A stretch of DNA of 64,000 nucleotides, from positions 9,486,001 through 9,550,000 of the forward strand of contig JBHGNT010000004.1 of NCBI GenBank assembly GCA_043228905.1. Reading direction: 5' to 3'. The position numbers and the translations under genes were made by a program. Under the pieces are notes generated by a model. That model saw nothing but the letters and a program-made list of their open reading frames with translations. It had not been told where the DNA came from and searched no databases. This DNA is from Azolla caroliniana. Taxonomy: Eukaryota > Plantae > Polypodiophyta. Below, one piece after another: positions 48,809 to 60,633 of the stretch (within the stretch, counting starts at the first letter, position 1; each line of letters starts with the position of its first letter).

Positions 48809-51800
48809 CTAGAAATATCATAGAAGAGTCAGAGCCTTTTAATATTGTCCTAGATAGTTTAGCGTGTGTAGTATCATTTAATATAATTAGTATCCCAAAA
48901 CATTCCATTATTTTGGGATTACCATGGTTCGAATTACATAACCCAAACATAGATTGGAGAACAAGAGAAATCCGGTATCGACAAACCCGAGGATCTACTC
49001 ATAAGATTGCAACCATTTAGTTACATCAGTTGCGTGAGGAAGGACACAAGGAAGAAATGTTTCTCTTCACAGTATCAGTAAAACCCTCCAACACCACTAA
49101 ACAGGAGTCTAGCGTTCAACTTCCAGAGAAGTATCGTCATTATGCCGAGGTGTTCAATAAAGTACAAGCCAATATGCTTCCTCACTATCAACCGTATGAT
49201 TGCCCCATCGATTTACAACCGGGAAAAGAGCCACCATGGGGACCGATCTACAATTTTTCACCAATCGAGCTAGATGTCCTTCGAGCCGATATAGAGAAGA
49301 ATTTGGCAAATGGTTTCATTCGACATTCAAAATCTTCATCCGACGCACCCATTTTCTTCGTCAAGAAAAAGGATGGATCACTTCGTCTCGTCGTAGATTA
49401 TCGTGGCTTAAATAAGGTTACCATCAGGAATAGGTACAGACTTCCCCTTATCTCAAGTCTTTTAGAACAGATCAATGGGGCAAGGTTCTTCACAAAGATC
49501 GACTTATGAGGAGCATATAACCTCATACGGATCCGACCAGGAGATGAATGGAAGACCGCGTTTCTCACCAGATATGGGTAGTTCGAGTATACGGTTATGC
49601 CATTAGGCCTCACTAATGCGCCAACAGTCTTCTAGCACATGGCAAATGATATATTCCGAGATCTCTTGGATGTTTGTTTATTCATCTATTTGGATGATCT
49701 ACTGGTTTATATGAAGACCCAAAAAGAGCATGATTCTCATGTACTGTTAGTACTAAAATGACTTCGAGAACATGGTCTTTATGCAAAGTTGGAAAAATGT
49801 AGTTTTGAGTGCAACCAGGTAGAATTTATGGGCTATGTCATTTCCTCAGAAGGCATCTCCATGGATCCGACTAAGCTCAAAACGGTGGTAGAGTGGCAGA
49901 TTTCGCGTTCATTGCAAGATGTGCAATGCTTTTTAGGCTTTGCCAATTTCTACCACAAGTTTATACATGATTACTCAAAGCTTGTTCTGCCTCTCACACA
50001 GCTCACCAAGAAGGGACAATCGTTTGTTTGGTCTGAAGAAGCAGACATGGCTTTTGAGGGTCTTAAGAAGGCATTTACATCAGCTCCTATTCTGGCTCAT
50101 GTTGATCCGGAAAAACTATTCATCATCGAAGCAAAAGCGTTGGATTTCGTGTTGGGTAGCATTTTGTCACAACAAGGCGATGATGAAAAGCTCCATCCTA
50201 TGGCTTTCCACTCACGCAAGTTTGACGCCGCCGAAATCAACTATGAAATTCATGATAAGGAGCTATTAGCAATAGTGGACTCTTTTACGCAACGCAGGCA
50301 TTTTCTAGAGGGATCCTCTCATCAAGTCACAGTATTCAGTGATCACAAAAACCTTGCCTACTTTTAGAGTTTTCGTGTGTTAAATCGACGTCAAGCTCGG
50401 TAGACCCAATTCCTCACGTGTTTCGACTTCAAAATTACATATCGTCCGGGGAAGCACCAAGGGAAAGCAGATGCATTATCACGGCGTTCGTATCTAGCAC
50501 CGCGTCTCAGCGAGCCAGCTTTCGATAACCAAAAGCAAGTAATCCTAGGACCAGCACGACTGCAAGTAACACAGGTCTTCGGAATGCCCTTGGATTCCCA
50601 CGTTATCGATACCATACGTGAGGACTTGAAGACAGATGCTTTCTCCCAAGCCACTCTAGCATAGTCTCGACCATCTTGTTCACAGTCGCAACAACCAGGT
50701 ACAGATTATCGACAATTCGAATGTCATGAAGGATTACTATTCTTTACGAAACTGTTGTATGTTCCTAATGGTTCTTGTCGCCTTCGAGTAGTCCAAAACT
50801 GTCATGACACATATACATATGGGTATTTTGGTAGTACTAAAACATTAGATGTAGTACAATGATCATTCTAGTGGCCCCATATGCGACAATTTGTCGAAGA
50901 TTTTGTTCGGACTTGTGATAAATGTTGCAAAGAAAAAATGCCAAGGCATCATCCATATGGTTTATTAGAACCATTACCAATTCCAAGCAAGTCGTGGCAA
51001 TCCATTGCCGTAGATTTCATCACAGATCTTCCGGTCTCTAAGGGATTCGATGCTATATTAACAATAGTAGATCGATATACGAAGATGGCCCATTTTTTGT
51101 CATGTACTAAGGAAATCTCTAGTGAGGAAACCATCGAAACTGTCATGCGTGAAGTATGTCAGCATCATGGCCTTCCCGATAGTATCATCAACGACTATGG
51201 ACCCCAGTTCGTCTCGATCTTTTGGAAGCACCTCTTTAAAATGCTCAAGATCACTTGTAAGCTCTCCTCCGACTACCACCCGCAAACAAACGGCCAAGCA
51301 GAATGAACAAATCAAACGATGGAACAGTATCTTCGATGCTTTCTAAGCTATCATCAAGATGACTGGGCAGATATTCTCCACTTCACTGAATTTGCGTATA
51401 ATAACTCTGTCCACTCATCAACAAAGGTTACACCTTATACGGGTTGTCACCCTCGGTGGCGTGTATTTGAAACCCCAGAGTTATCCACAAATCCTTGCGC
51501 AGAGGATCGTTTGGAGCAGTTACGCAAGATAAAAGCGAATTTATCTACTCATCTATAGCAAGCTCAACAAACACACAAGGTTTACACGGATCGTCATTGG
51601 CTTCCATCCAGTTTTAACATTGGAGATCAGGTATGGCTACTTCAACGACACATCAAGACTACTTGCCCATGCGAGAAGTTGGATTATCGGCAATTAGGTC
51701 CTTTCCGTATTATCGGAAAAATTAATGATGTCACTTTTCGTCTCGATCTACCTCCACAACTTCGGATACATTCGGTGTTTCATAGTTCTCTCCTCGAACC

Positions 51801-52093
51801 CTATCAAGACAGCACCATGCCAGGTTGTATTAAACAACCTCGACCCCCTATCGAACTTGAAGATGGACCTGAGTACGAGGTTGTCCCCATCCTCGATTCC
51901 AAGATTGTTCGCAACAAGCTCTACTATATAGTCTATTGGCTAGGATATAGTCCCAGCGAGCATACTTGGGAACCAATATAGAATGTCACCAATGCTCGTG
52001 CTCTTCTTGAAAACTTCGATTGTGAATATCTAGACAAACCAGGTCCTCAATCCAAAACGATTCGTGACACTCGTCGTTTTAAAAGGGGCATAG
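48809..52093 (+). pseudogene. H pol continued: protease end, RT, RNase H, integrase, chromodomain, PPT
   Basis: [40 protein letters not shown] and YEVVPILDSK..YWLGYSPSEHTWEP; many stops. Confidence 0.93.
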
Positions 52094-52389
52094 TTTCATG
52101 ATATGGCAAGACTCGAACCCATGACCTTACGTTACATGGGTCGAGCTCTTGACCATTAGACTATTTGTTGTAATACAAAAAGTATTATTTTCATTTAAGT
52201 TTTACTATAGAAAATTGATGTATATTCCAGATTTCTCTAGAACATTCTAGAAACTTCAGGAGTACTCCTAAGAACACTATAAAAGGAGGCACAAAGCATT
52301 ATTTCGAACCAAATCGGTTCAACACCAGTGTTAAGCCTCCTAGCTACTATTGTATATTCTCTTAACATAATATATATCTTTTGTTATCA

Positions 52390-52428
<39 letters not shown>

Positions 52429-52567
52429 CACTCTCTCAATCACTCTTTCCATCTCTCGAGAGTTCTACACCTCCCTTGGTACTAATCCTTATCTTTTAGT
52501 ACTAATTCCTAATGTGTCTTAGTATTGTTGCTGACAATACTTCTCTGTCTTAGTACTGCTCCTGACA
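52094..52567 (+). mobile_element. 3' LTR of chromovirus H
   Basis: Follows PPT AAAAGGGG; homologous to 6047-6525; ends CCTGACA. Confidence 0.92.
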
Positions 52568-55500
52568 ATAACATTACAAAGGAGGACAATCGACACCTTA
52601 TGAAGGAGGAGGGTGCTTTATATAAGGTCACCCTCTCTCTTCATTAACTCTACTACAACAACCACTCTCTCTTGGGGAATGTGAAGAATCATTAGTCATG
52701 GGGAATATGGAACTCATTAGTTATGTGTCATAGAATATGATTCTATGAGACATAGTCAATGTGTAGAGAGTAGTGGTGTGACTTTTGACCTTTGAGTGCT
52801 CATAGATTCTCAAAGGGTGTGTTCACACACAAGGCTAGGTTGAGCTAGATTCTTAACACGCCCCCTCAAGCTCAACTCGGGTCGGTTCCTTTTTTGGTAT
52901 GTTCGTTTCGATTAGTATTCTGTTCGGACGATATCTAGTGTCCGCTTCAGCTAGTACCTGGTACGGATGGTATCCAGTTGTCTCTTGTACTCCCCCTCTA
53001 GCTTGGCAAGTCGGGGATCGTCAATCCAAGGTCTGACATGAATTGCCAAAGTTTATCGTCTCCTAAGGCTTTGGTGAAGATGTCGGTTGTCTGAAGATGC
53101 ATGCTGATGTGGTGAAGGTCTACATCGCATGCCTGAACGCACTCTCAAATGAAGTGATAGTGCACTTTGATATGCTTCGTGCGTGCATGGAACACCGAGT
53201 TCCGAGCCAGATAAATAATGCTCATGTTGTCGCAGTAGAGGGGAGTCAGATCGTGGATGGGAACGCTCAAATCCTTCAACATCCTCTTGACCCATACGGC
53301 TTCCATGCAGCCACAGTTGCACCCCTATATTTGGCCTTTGTGCTTGAAAGTGCAATAGTCGGCTCCTTCTTGTTACTCCATGAAATCTGGAGAAAACAAA
53401 TACGGAGGTCGATCGTCGATCGACTCTTTAGCCGGCCCAGTTGGCATCAGTGTACCACAATCCATTGTGCCACTCACGTATTGTAATACTAGCTTAGCGT
53501 AATCCAAGTGACTATCTCGTGGTTTTTGCATGAATTGCCTGAGGAAACCAACCGGGTAGCTAAGGTCAGGTCGAGTGATTGTGAGATAGATGAGGCTCCC
53601 GATCAGTTGTCGATACTAATTAGGCCCGCATTCTTCGGTGCCGGAGTCGGCATCAAGTTTGAGATTTCGATTGAGAGGGGTTGCCATAGGTTTACACTCA
53701 GTCATCCCGAACTTGTATAACAAGTTAAGGATGTAGTGTCGTTGAGAGATCATAATGCCGGCTGGAGTTTGAATTACCTCGATGCCAAGGAAGTAATGCA
53801 GCTCCTTCATGTTCGTCATCTCGAACTTGCTAGAGAGGAGGGACTTGACCTTGTTGATGTCGACTAGACTTTCACCTCCAATGACCAAATAATCCACATA
53901 TAGAATGATGACAATCGGACTTCCCGAATCACTTCTTGTGTATATGGAGTTGTCGGATTTTGACATTGAGAAGCTGATTCGATGAAGATATTGTGTTATC
54001 TTCGAATGCCAAGCATGTGGTGCTTGCTTAAGGCCATAGAGTAGCTTCTTATTCGACACACTACTTTCGGATGGGTGCTCGATTCAAAGCTAGGTGGTTG
54101 TACCATGTACACCTCCTCTTCTAATTCACCTTGAAGAAAGGCATTCTTGACATCCATTTGATGGAGGTGCCACCCTTTCGCTGCAGCAAGTGCTATCACG
54201 GTCCGCACAGTTGTCTTCTTTGCCACCGGGGCAAAGGTCTATTCATAGTCGACTCCATGTGTTTGTGCGTATCCTTTTGCTACAAGTTGATCTTTGTAGC
54301 GGTTCACGGAACCGTCGGCATGATACTTCAATTTCTATATCCATCTTCAGTCGATTGCCTTCTTGTGCGGTGAGTGGGGGACGAGATCTCATGTTTCATT
54401 TTTGCATAGTGCCTACATCTCCTCATTCATTGCTTTGACCCATGGTGGATCCTAGGCTGCTTCGGAGAAAATTTCCGGTTCTCGAACTGCTACCACCTTC
54501 ATCATAAAGGCATAGTGGTATGCCATATAGTCGTTGTAGCCGAATCGGCTAATTGGATTCTTCTCACGGCTCGAGTGACGGAGTTTCTGATTTGCCGATG
54601 TGAGTGCTTTCTTAACTCCGGGTGACCTAAGAAGAGGCACATCAAAGCCACCGAACACACTATCGAGTGAGAGTGAGTTGATTCGTTGTCGTCGAATTGA
54701 TCGTCTTCATATTCCGGCATTTTGGCCTTGCCTTTGTCCATCTTCGTACTTGGCCGAGATGTGCTTTGGTCACTCGGGGTCTCTTGTGGCCCACTAATCC
54801 TTGTCGTAATTGGACTTTCTTCAAACATATGCCTCAGTTGATCACCGTCTTCTATGTTGTCAAGGTCATTCATAAATGTTTCGGAAGGATTTAGCTCGGG
54901 TTCGTACCATGGTGTTGATTCTTCAAAGACGACGTCTCTACTTACACGAACCTTCCGAGTAGAGGGGTTATAACACTTGTACCCCTTTTGCTCCAATTAG
55001 TATCCTACGAGGATACACTTCTCCGACTTATGATCGAGCTTCTGTCGCTTTTCGTTGGGAATGTGCGCATATGCAAGTGAACTGAATATTCTTACATGAG
55101 ATAGATCTGGCTACTTCCCATAGTACTTTTCGTGTGGGGTAACCTCATGCACACCGTATGTTGTGCACCGGTTCATGAGGTAGACGACAGTATTTGTTGC
55201 TTCGGCCCAAGCCCAATATGACTTTGGCATATTCTTTTTGTTCATCATGACCCATGCTACTTCGAGGATGTTTCGATTTTTGTGTTCGGCCACTCCGTTT
55301 TGTTCAAGTGTACTCACCGAATTCTTGCTTTCCAAAGAAAAGCCGAAAATTTGTTAGAGAAGTACTCTTTTCCGCCATCCAACCAAAGACATCGTACATG
55401 ATGGCCGGTTGTCTTTTCGACTTCGCTTTTGAATTTCTGGAAGTGTCAGAACACTTCTCTCTTTTGCCGCATGGGGTAGATCCAGGTGAAGTCGTTGATA

Positions 55501-57531
55501 AAGGCCACGTTGTCTGCTGAATGTAGCCGTTTGAGTTGGTCCCCATACATCAGAATAAATTACGTCGAGTACACCTTTTCTCAAGTTCCTCTCTTTTGGG
55601 AACGGGTGTTAGTGTTGCCTGCCAAATTGGTAGGCTGCACATACGCCTTCAATCTCCTTCTCTTTGAAGCTAGGGAGCTCGATGACGACTCCTTTCGATT
55701 GCATTGCCTTGAGTTTATTGAGATTGATCTGGTCAATCCTCTTGTGGCACAACTCTATGTCTGTGTTGACTTTGGTGCCTTTTGCCAACATGGCTGATTT
55801 TATCTCCTGCGAATCAAGAATGAACATTCGACCTTTCCTTCGACCGTGAGCGATGAGTCGACCCTCTTTTTCGATGAAGCAACTACCTTGGTTAAATCGA
55901 ACTTCCATGCCTTGCTCCACCATTTGGCCGACTGAAGATCAAATTCTTCGTGATGGTCGGTACATGCAAGACATTCTTAATGTAAGTTTGGTTACCTTCT
56001 TTGTTGATTGGAACATTGCCGATGTGCCGAATCGGATGAGTAGTGTCATCTCCCGTTTCCACATAGCCGGGTCCATCCAGCTCTCGAAGGTCTCGGAACC
56101 ATTCTTGATGAGACATCATATGGTTCGAAGAATTGGAGTCGACAAACCATACATCTTCCGGACCAGATGAACTTGTCGAAGTAGAGGCTGACATAGAATA
56201 TGCACTATGTCTCATCACGAACATTCCACCATGGTCGTTATAGTCAAAATTTGTGGCGTAGTTGGTTAGTTGTTGGCATGTGGAATCTGACTCACGCTTC
56301 TTCTTTCGGCACTCTTCTTCGTGGTGGCCGATTTTGCTGCAATATCCGCATTCGATAGAGGTTTTTTGGCTCGGGCCGGAATGGAAGTTACCCCTTCTTT
56401 CGAAGGTTCCTCATTGGTTTCCGTCTTGTTGCCAAATTTAGGAGTTGTTTTCATATGTCAGACCTCGTTCGCCTCTTCCTTGGTTGAATCGGCCTCTTGC
56501 TCGGCCACATCCTCTTCCTCCATTCGAATGTGTGTAGAGCATGTGGCCTTTCGAGGCATTGCTCCTTGTTCAAACATGGTTTTCTTCAACCAACAACATG
56601 GATTGAAGATCGAAGAAAGAGGGAGAAGTCTCTTATGCTAGTATGGCGGTCCTCATCGTGCCAAACCGTGGTGCAAGGCCTCCGAGGCATATTTGCACCA
56701 TCTCATCATCCTCCACATTCACGCTTATTGAGCCAATGAATCACAAAGCTCCTTGATCTTCAAGGTGTAGCTTGTGATGGACCTGTCTCTTTATTGAATG
56801 TTGTTCAACTCTTGGCGAAGTTGACGCTTTTCATGCGATTGTGTTGGCCGCAAAAATCTTCCTAAGATTCTCCCATGCTTCCTTCGGCGTCTCGGCTTCT
56901 CGAATGTAGCCAAGCATGTGGTCATGAACACTTGTCGCCAAGAAATACATTACTCGACTCACCATTGCTCCCATGTTGAGTAGTCAGTGTCCTTTGGGTC
57001 AGGTTGATTTTCTTGTGCTCCTTTGATGTAGCTCCAATAGCCTTGGCCGACACAACACACACGGATGGGCTAGATCGAGCTATCAAACCACTCTGATACC
57101 ATGTAAAGAATCGGGCATGATTCTGTGCAGTGGAAGAGATGTGTTGTGTGTGTGCGTGTGTGGAAAGAGGAGAAGAGGAGAGAAACACAAGATAGACAAG
57201 ACAAAATAAAAAATGAAGTACTCAAGATTGTATATTAACAAGGGGAATATGAATTAAAAAATGTAGCATTACAAGGGAGGACAATCGACACCTTATGAAG
57301 AAGGAGGAGGGTGCTTTATATAAGGTCACCCTCTCTCTTCATTAACTCCACTACAACAACCACTCTCTCTTGGGGAATGTGAAGACTCCTTAGTTATGTG
57401 TCATAGAATATGATTCTATGACACATAGGTAATGTGTAGAGAGTAGTGGTGTGACTTTTGACCTTTGAGTGCTCATAGATTCTCAAAGGGTGTGTTCACA
57501 CACAAGGCTAGGTTGAGCTTTATTCTCAACA
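52568..57531 (-). mobile_element. Decayed Ty1/copia element: 5' LTR 57102-57531, iMet PBS 57091-57101, gag-PR-IN-RT-RH, truncated 3' LTR 52568-52858
   Basis: PBS TGGTATCAGAG; [40 protein letters not shown] and LYVDY; copia domain order; matching LTRs; PPT TTGAGGGGG. Confidence 0.93.
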
Positions 57532-59061
57532 GTTGCTAATGCTTCAATGATCTCCTTGAGTAGAGAGTTCCCATGTAGCATGCATGTTGCAAAGATATGG
57601 AATTGATCTGCCTTTAAGAAACATTGGGATTGTTGAGCATAGTCATTATCCCTTAGCTAGAGCTCAATTTCCAACTGTCGAGAAAGTTTCATCACCCTCC
57701 ATGTGTTATTTCCTAGGACAAAATAATATTTTGAAGTCATAATCAACTAAAAAAGTGAACCGAGGAGCATGGCCCCGACTCAATGTTCAAGCGGTTGAGA
57801 AGTAGGGTGAATTCTTGTGATGTCAGAGATTTAATGGAAGTGTCAAAATCCCCTTTCCAATTTATATTCGCTCAATGTTCAGTAGGAATTCCCATCTTGT
57901 ATGATAAGATGGTATTGGAGTTCCTTGGGTAGTGCAAATAGTGACATAATTGGCATGTGTTGAATGCCTTCATTTTTTTATACTCAAGGTGGGGTTCAAA
58001 AATACGTTTGACATTTAAAAGGCACAATCTCTAGGTAATTCTCCTTGGGGAGAATTCTAGGAGGTTGACATGAGGAGTTTGGGTTGTATAGATTTGCAAT
58101 GCATTGTATATTGTCTCCGATATTTGCATTGGTCGTAGTCCCTACATTTGATGATATAGGTCCATTATGAGATATACAAAGATGAGGAATGTATAAGGGG
58201 CACTCTATGCCTTTTGTGGTGGGTCAATATGATATTCTATCCCTATTCATTTAATACATTAGAGTAACCTTGTGCATGTACACATGGTTATATGATTTTA
58301 AAGGGCAACACTTACTATTTTTATAGTACGAGAAGCTTATCCTAAAGAATAGAGAAAATAAAACCATTTTGTGTCTTATTACATAATACTTTTTACTAAC
58401 AAACTAGGTTGACATATTTTATTGAACCAAACTATGATTTACCAATTGGTACATAATGTCATTTGCATTAAAGCTACAAGAGTTTATCAGAATGTTGACT
58501 CTACATTTCAAGTTAGAAGCCAAAATGATGATGTCATGCCAGTTGTGACTTAAGAGTTTAGATGACAATGGTTTGCGAGAAATAGATGTAGGAGTAAATT
58601 CATGAGAAACTATGCAAAGTTTCAAGAAGATATCCCAAGGTTTTCTGTTATAATCTCCAACAATCGCATTAACATCGTATCTATTTGCAATGACTTTTGC
58701 AATGAGCCACACGGATGGGATATTCATTCGTCCATGACTCGAAATATCATAATCAGAATCCTGATCGTGGAGACCACACACACAACAGAGATGGTACATT
58801 GTTTTGGGGTTTGGGATCGTGAAGGTCAGTCAGCCTACTTATTTATTATCCTATGGATCGTACACAAATGCATATGTATGTACAACGTGAAGTAATGTGC
58901 TGAAATGATGTAGAAATGTAGTACATAACAATATGGTTGGGGTTTGAAGTACATACATTGATACATAGCAACCACTCAACAACACGATGATGAGGAGGAA
59001 GGATATTATTTATTGATTGGAGGTCAAAGTGCTACTATTATTTTACACACAAACACACACA

Positions 59062-59068
59062 TATAAAT
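59062..59068 (+). promoter_or_regulatory. Candidate TATA box of the lipocalin gene
   Basis: TATAAAT 80 bp upstream of an ATG in the plant consensus context AACAATGGC. Confidence 0.55.
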
Positions 59069-59141
59069 ACATATACATGTTGCGGCTCCTTTGCAACAAA
59101 CACGCAAATACCTCCAGACATACACACACACACACACAACA

Positions 59142-60341
59142 ATGGCTTCTGCTGCTCATGCACTCATGTCTCTCATCAGAATGGTGATGGTGGCTTGCTT
59201 CTTCTTCGTCGTCTGTGTGCAAGCCCATCCTCAGCATGGCTTCTGCACCAGGACGCATGGCACCGCCAAGGGCTGCCCCACACCCCCAACCTTCGACGCC
59301 ATCAACCTCACGGCCTTCGCGGGCAGTTGGTTCCAGATCGGTATCAGCGCCAGGTCCCAGTTCAGGGACCAACCCGGCTCCGTTTGCGCCCGCGCCAAGT
59401 ACGAGCTAAGGGGCCACTCCCCTTCACACCAAACCCTCTTCTCCGTCCTCAACAGTGCCCTCTCCATCCTCCGCCCCGCTGGTGTGGCTGACATCTATTA
59501 TGCCGGCACCACCTCCTTCGGCGTCTGTAACTCTGCCCGAAGCTCGTGCCACGTCATCGGCCACATCAATGACCATGCTCTTGAATTGCTCAAGGATCAC
59601 CCCGCATTGTTGAAGAACGTGACGGACGCCGCTAAAATTGGAGAGGCAGCACTAGATTCTGCGGCCGGGAGGATCGGCCACATTCAAGGCTATCTCAACC
59701 AGTTGAGTCAAGCCAATTACACGGTAAGTCTAGCAAACACCACAGAGAAGATGGAGGTAAATGCAGAGAAGCTTAAGGCGGAGGACGCTGGAGCTTTGCG
59801 GCTTGCAGGGAAGCTTCTGGAGGATGCGGGGAGGAAGGTCGAGGCAATGCAGTCAATGAAGGCGGTGGGGAAGAAGATAAGGCTAGCAGGGAAAGAGCTG
59901 GTGAAGAGCGCGAAGAATATCGAGAAGGGTGCGATACAGCTGCGGAAGACGGCACGGTCGCTGGCCAAAGGCAACGGTAGATCGATCACGGTAGCACAAG
60001 GCGCCAAAGCGTACAAGGTGGAAGGCGAGGGAGTGCAGATTAAGGGAGGCAAGCTACAGGTGAAAGTGAAGGGGGAAGTGATTATGAAGCCATATTGGGT
60101 GCTGGCAGTGGACAGCCACAACGAAGCCGCGCTCGTGTATTCGTGCGTGAATGACAGCGATGGCAACATAGCGGAGAAATCCATCTTCATCATCGCCCGG
60201 TCGTGGAAACCCGACCCTTCGGTAGTGGAGGGTTTCCTGTCACTGGCCCAGTCATATGGCATCTCTTCAGACTGCGAGGATTCATTCTCCATGACCGTCC
60301 AGCGCGGTGGCTCATGCGGCCTTCCTCCCCATTCCATGTAA
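59142..60341 (+). CDS. Intronless secreted lipocalin (ApoD-like) with a ~175-aa helical insertion, 399 aa
   Basis: Hydrophobic signal peptide ending VQA; SCR1 INLTAFAGSWFQIG; CARAKY; SCR2 PYWVLAVD...LVYSC; SCR3 IFIIAR; C-terminal Cys; uninterrupted, GC-rich ORF. Confidence 0.82.
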   Translation: MASAAHALMSLIRMVMVACFFFVVCVQAHPQHGFCTRTHGTAKGCPTPPTFDAINLTAFAGSWFQIGISARSQFRDQPGSVCARAKYELRGHSPSHQTLFSVLNSALSILRPAGVADIYYAGTTSFGVCNSARSSCHVIGHINDHALELLKDHPALLKNVTDAAKIGEAALDSAAGRIGHIQGYLNQLSQANYTVSLANTTEKMEVNAEKLKAEDAGALRLAGKLLEDAGRKVEAMQSMKAVGKKIRLAGKELVKSAKNIEKGAIQLRKTARSLAKGNGRSITVAQGAKAYKVEGEGVQIKGGKLQVKVKGEVIMKPYWVLAVDSHNEAALVYSCVNDSDGNIAEKSIFIIARSWKPDPSVVEGFLSLAQSYGISSDCEDSFSMTVQRGGSCGLPPHSM

Positions 60342-60390
60342 TGTAGAAGGAAGAAGAAGGAATGAAGTTCTCCTTCTCCTCATGGCTTTC

Positions 60391-60418
60391 AATAATAATA
60401 ATAATAATAATGATGATG
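60391..60418. repeat. (AAT)n(GAT)n microsatellite in the 3' UTR
   Basis: Direct reading. Confidence 0.85.
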
Positions 60419-60633
60419 GTGACCGGCTCCTTTGTTCCTTTTTGAACACTTGTATAAGCTCAATGCGATTCCTAACTCATAACCTCAATAGCTTCATAAA
60501 CCACTACAGACATATTACCTACTATTAGTCTCCGCATCCCATCCCACACTGCTTTTGTATCAAGAAATGTCATGTTTCCTTTGCTTATCCCTGGGTGTTA
60601 TCATCTTTTTATTGCAGGAATTCTATCTTTTAT

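Noticed and set aside
58419-58799. LINE endonuclease remnant (AIVGDYN resembles GDFN)
   Set aside because: Single weak motif with no other LINE features.
59717-60337. Antisense 206-aa ORF over the lipocalin
   Set aside because: Expected shadow ORF of a GC-rich coding strand; no motifs.
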